Shown: one piece after another, positions 26,606 through 29,967 of the stretch | Layout of the letters: every line of letters starts with the position of its first letter | How positions within the stretch are numbered: the stretch's first letter is position 1 | NCBI GenBank assembly: GCA_030065635.1 | Contig: JASJDJ010000056.1 | Location: 1 to 29,967 of the forward strand | Direction of reading: 5' to 3' | Source: Xenococcaceae cyanobacterium MO_188.B32 | GTDB taxonomy: Bacteria > Cyanobacteriota > Cyanobacteriia > Cyanobacteriales > Xenococcaceae | Length of the DNA: 29,967 bases | Notes under the pieces: model-generated | Databases searched by the model: none | What the model saw: only the letters and a program-made list of their open reading frames with translations | Told to the model about the DNA's origin: nothing | Position numbers and translations under genes: made by a program

Positions 26606-26807
26606 AAAATTTTAGATTTAAAATTGGGGGAAAAAAGGTTAATGGTTTGATTATTCTTGCCATTAAACCTTCCCGTTTTAGCATATCCAACCACGCTGTT
26701 GAGATTCTAAAATTGGTACTTAGGGCGATCTTTCTGAGTCAAAATCGGGCTTTGGTTAAGTTCGCGACTCGGTATTAGTTGCTACTCAAACCCCAGAATG
26801 AGGAGTA

Positions 26808-27008
26808 AACTAACATCGATTCAAAGGTTATCCTCAGATTACTTGTCAAAAATTAATCTTGTGTCGCTTACCACCAGAAACCAGTTGGCAAGAACTATCT
26901 AAAGAATTTGGGATTTCTATTTCTACATTGAGTAATTTTTATCAAAGACAATGTATGCCCCGTTTGCGTAATTTTGCTAAATCTGAAGGATATATAGAGG
27001 AGAGATAA
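26808..27008 (+). pseudogene. IS630/Tc1-like transposase N-terminal HTH relic, or a small HTH ORF with a TTG start at 26859. It is about 49-66 codons and lies below the ORF-track cutoff.
   Basis: Translation ...QKLILCRLPPETSWQELSKEFGISISTLSNFYQRQ... fits the IS630 N-terminal pattern RA.IIL....S..EIA..LGVS..TV..W..R. There is no ATG start. Confidence 0.3.
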
Positions 27009-27025
27009 ATTAACCGTAGGGAAAT

Positions 27026-27952
27026 ATGAATAACCTAGAAGAGTATGGCATTGTTTTACCATTGACAGAATTAGCCTATCAGACAGCTAATCAATTCGCT
27101 GCGGAACAAGTTAGTGGGGATAAAGCAGAACGAGTTAGATTAAATACTTTAGCTGTGTGGCTGGTGCGTGACTATCTCGATCTGATGGGAATTCCTACCA
27201 ACATAACTGAAGGAGATAGTTGGAATCCAATTATGCGGATGAGTGCAGATGTGGCAGATTTAGAAGTTACAGGAGTTGGTTATCTAGAATGTATCTCCTG
27301 TCAAACCCCCGCACCTAGCTATGCCGTACCGCCTGAAGTTACTCGCGATCGCCTTGGTTATGTAGTGGTACAAATCGATGATTCTTTGCGAGAAGGTACG
27401 ATCCTCGGTTTTACTGATAAAGTGCAGAATGGCATAATTTCTCAGCTTCAGTCTTGGGATAGTTTACTGGTTCATTTAGATAGACTCAAATCTAGAGTCA
27501 CGGTAGAAGAAACGATTGTTAATTTGAGTCAATGGTTAGAAGGAATAGTTACAAGGGGATGGGAAACAACCAGAGAGTTATTCTTAGGTTCAGAAAATAA
27601 CTTGGCTTTTAGTTTTAGAAGTGCAGAAACTGAGATAGATAATACTTTAAGACTAGGCAAAAGATTAGATTTAGGAGAGGAATTAGGTAGCCTTATTCTA
27701 CTATTAGAAGTAAGAGAGACAGAATCATCAGAAAAAATTATTACCTTGCAACTTTATCCAGTAGAAACCGATCGCTTACCCGAACAAATCCAACTCCAAA
27801 TATTAGACGATTCCGATACAGTTTTGGCAACAGCTATATCTACAGATAGCGATAATTATCTGCAATTACAAATTCATGGGGCACCAGGGGAAAGATTTCG
27901 GGTGGAGATATTAGCAGGAAGTAATGCTTTAAGCGAAGATTTTATAATCTAA
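27026..27952 (+). CDS. DUF1822-family protein. This is a cyanobacterial family that is typically a neighbour of CHAT-domain genes.
   Basis: 308-aa ORF. The assignment rests on overall resemblance to DUF1822 proteins and on the genomic context immediately upstream of a caspase/CHAT-like gene. Confidence 0.45.
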   Translation: MNNLEEYGIVLPLTELAYQTANQFAAEQVSGDKAERVRLNTLAVWLVRDYLDLMGIPTNITEGDSWNPIMRMSADVADLEVTGVGYLECISCQTPAPSYAVPPEVTRDRLGYVVVQIDDSLREGTILGFTDKVQNGIISQLQSWDSLLVHLDRLKSRVTVEETIVNLSQWLEGIVTRGWETTRELFLGSENNLAFSFRSAETEIDNTLRLGKRLDLGEELGSLILLLEVRETESSEKIITLQLYPVETDRLPEQIQLQILDDSDTVLATAISTDSDNYLQLQIHGAPGERFRVEILAGSNALSEDFII

Positions 27953-27959
27953 AATATCT

Positions 27960-28535
27960 ATGCGCTCGATTACTATTAAAAGAATCACCATCGATAATCC
28001 TCTGTATCAAGCAGAAAGAGAACTGCGTAACAAAATTCTACTGCGTCCCATTGGTATTCCTGACTATGGTTGGGAAATGTACGATCGCCAGTCTTGGCAT
28101 TTTGTTGCCTTAAATCGCGATCGCCTAATTGGTTGTGTTGTACTTGTCCCTTTAGATGAAAAAAAATGGCTGGAAAATCTCCATCCAAAACAGACTATTC
28201 GCGTTTTATTACAAACAGACAATATTTTACTGCAAAGATTACCCTGGCATTTGTGGGATTTACTAGAACGTTATCCTCAAGCAGAAATTGCGCTCGCTTC
28301 TTTAGTTTACGATCCGATTCCTTCTATACCAAGAAAAGGCAAAGTCAGGATTTTAGCTATTTTAGGGCATAGTCAAGACATCGATATCGATCGCGATCGC
28401 CTGTTATTATCCCACTTACCAGATACAGAAGTTTGTTTTTTAGTCGAACCAGCTTTACAAGACGTGAGCGATCGCCTATGGTCGGAACATTGGGATATAC
28501 TCTTTTTTGCCGGGCATAGTAAACTCCATTATTAA
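27960..28535 (+). pseudogene. Truncated GNAT-like N-terminal domain plus the first ~60 residues of a caspase/CHAT-like domain. It ends 3 codons after the catalytic-His motif.
   Basis: N-terminus YQAERELRNKILLRPIGIPDYGWEMYDRQSWHFVALNRDRLIGCVVLVPL is GNAT-like. KVRILAILGHSQDIDIDRDRLLLSHLPDTEVCFLVEPALQDVSDRLWSEHWDILFFAGHS matches the start of the cyanobacterial caspase-like domain up to the FFAGHS histidine motif. There is no Cys-motif half. The start codon overlaps the DUF1822 stop region, consistent with operon coupling. Confidence 0.5.
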
Positions 28536-28553
28536 GCAATGTAAAAAAAATAA

Positions 28554-29099
28554 TCAGACAATTAACAAACGCTCGACTGCAATCGCAACATTGGGAAACG
28601 CTACAGGATTGATGATACCTGTAGTTAATTCAACGGAAGTAGCATATCCATTCTCTTGTGGTTGAGTAAACACCCAGACTTTTTTTTCAGACAGATCGAT
28701 GACCCAATATTCGCCAATTCCATTCTGGGAGTAAATCTTCTGTTTTTCGTTTAAATCTTTACTTAAAGTGGTCTTAGATATCTCAACCAACCAGTAAATA
28801 TCTTCAGCATAAGGATGATGAGTAGCATATTTGGTAGAAGGCAAACGTACAACTGCTATATCTGGCTGTGGTTCGGAGTTATTGAGGGTAACAGGTAAAG
28901 CTTGCCTAACCACTACCGAAGCAGTTAATAGTTCTCTGAGATACTCAACCACAGTATGATTAGTATAGCTATGTTCCACCCCCTCTGGACTCATTTCAAT
29001 AATTTCCCCTTCTAGTAATTCAACAGACTTATCTGCCAAAACACCTGAATTAACCAACCGATGCCAATCTAATAATGACCACTTAAAAACGGTTTTCAT
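28554..29099 (-). CDS. Uma2-family (DUF820) PD-(D/E)XK endonuclease.
   Basis: WSLLDWHRLVNSGVL...ELLEGEIIEMSPEGVEHS...PDIAVV...WLVEISKTTLSKDLNEKQKIYSQNGIGEYWVIDL is the classic Uma2 pattern. Confidence 0.8.
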   Translation of the reverse strand: MKTVFKWSLLDWHRLVNSGVLADKSVELLEGEIIEMSPEGVEHSYTNHTVVEYLRELLTASVVVRQALPVTLNNSEPQPDIAVVRLPSTKYATHHPYAEDIYWLVEISKTTLSKDLNEKQKIYSQNGIGEYWVIDLSEKKVWVFTQPQENGYATSVELTTGIINPVAFPNVAIAVERLLIV

Positions 29100-29153
29100 A
29101 ACTTTAATAACAGATATTAATCAGATTTTGTCTATAAAAGAGCAAGGTTAACT

Positions 29154-29912
29154 ATGAAATTCAATTTACGACACATCATACTCTCACTATCGTATTCTCT
29201 AATATTGACAACTTACTTCAGTCAATCAGTCTTAGCTGTCTTAGCTGCTCGAAAAGAGTCTGATGAAAACTCCCAAAAGCAAAAAATTAGTTTTAGTTTA
29301 CCCACCCCTCCCAGTCGGGGAATTCCTTTAGGTCGTCATAAAGGGGGAGGAAGTCGCAGTTCTTGCCAAGATTATCAATCTTTAACTGCTTTAGTTCCTG
29401 TAAATAATCAAATCGTTTGGGGAAAGACTATAGCTACTCATCCTGAGTTTTTATTTTATCTACCTCAAGGATCGGCGCTCGAATTCGTGCTGCAAGATGA
29501 GGCGGATAATTATATCTATCAAACCAATCTGCAAATACCTTCAGATAATCAAGGCATTGTCAGTATTCCTATTCCTCAGACTGCTATATCTTTAGAAACT
29601 AATAAAATTTATCAGTGGACTTTATCCCTCTCCTGCGATATTGATAATCCTGGTGCTTTTGTTTATGTACAAGGTTCGATCGAAAAAGTTGCTTTAGAAC
29701 CCAATATTCAAACTCAACTAGAAACAGTAGATAATACAGAAAAAGCTGTAATCCATGCCAGAGAAGGAATTTGGTACGATGCGATCGCGCTTTTAGCTCA
29801 ATTACGCAGAAATGACCCTAACGATGAGCAAATCAATACTAAGTGCCTAAGCAAAATTAATTGTATATTTTTTACCAAAGTTTATGAGGATATTTTCTAC
29901 AGCTTTTACTAA
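29154..29912 (+). CDS. DUF928-family secreted protein. This cyanobacterial family is frequently co-located with CHAT and DUF1822 genes.
   Basis: N-terminal signal peptide, then PTPPSRGIPLGRHKGGGSRSSC, a Pro-rich glycine motif with a following Cys as in DUF928. 252 aa. Confidence 0.5.
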   Translation: MKFNLRHIILSLSYSLILTTYFSQSVLAVLAARKESDENSQKQKISFSLPTPPSRGIPLGRHKGGGSRSSCQDYQSLTALVPVNNQIVWGKTIATHPEFLFYLPQGSALEFVLQDEADNYIYQTNLQIPSDNQGIVSIPIPQTAISLETNKIYQWTLSLSCDIDNPGAFVYVQGSIEKVALEPNIQTQLETVDNTEKAVIHAREGIWYDAIALLAQLRRNDPNDEQINTKCLSKINCIFFTKVYEDIFYSFY

Positions 29913-29967
29913 GGTAGAATAACTTTCATAATCTTCTGTTTCTAACCATTTGTATTTAATAAATCGC

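Noticed and set aside
1-29967. CRISPR arrays, rRNA genes, prophage structural genes, toxin-antitoxin pairs.
   Set aside because: No evenly spaced direct repeats with unique spacers. No rRNA-like conserved blocks. No capsid, terminase or integrase motifs seen. No small adjacent ORF pairs with TA-like features.

Overview
This window reads as a cyanobacterial chromosomal segment: about 39% GC and many copies of the HIP1 octamer GCGATCGC, on both strands and inside genes. It contains housekeeping genes with confident calls: dapB, ndhA, rimK with its two usual partners, a gamma-tocopherol methyltransferase, a DJ-1/PfpI protein, a Rieske oxygenase, an SPFH/prohibitin protein, an AI-2E transporter, and M28 and CPBP peptidases. 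Between them sit several decayed accessory patches. (1) Positions 1-2700 hold the 3' half of an IS200/IS605 tnpB with its right-end hairpin, nested inside an IS1634-family transposase remnant, followed by head-to-tail fragments of dnaK and clpB. (2) Positions 12612-13140 hold a second, inverted tnpB 3' remnant, a 101-bp MITE-like element and a 69-bp palindromic element carrying the same right-end-type hairpin. (3) Positions 14915-15300 hold a transposase N-terminal fragment with inverted repeats and a heptamer array. (4) Positions 16182-18698 are a 2.5-kb ORF-poor stretch with a truncated caspase/CHAT-like gene start, a HIP1 cluster, strong stem-loops and a start-less open frame. (5) Positions 26800-29912 hold an IS630-like HTH relic, then DUF1822, a truncated GNAT plus caspase/CHAT-like gene, a Uma2 endonuclease and a DUF928 secreted protein. 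The last group looks like a degenerate example of a cyanobacterial CHAT-associated neighbourhood of unknown function. I found no rRNA, tRNA or CRISPR array. Several heptamer-type tandem repeats sit in convergent intergenic gaps. Every family assignment rests on motifs I recognised by eye, not on searches.
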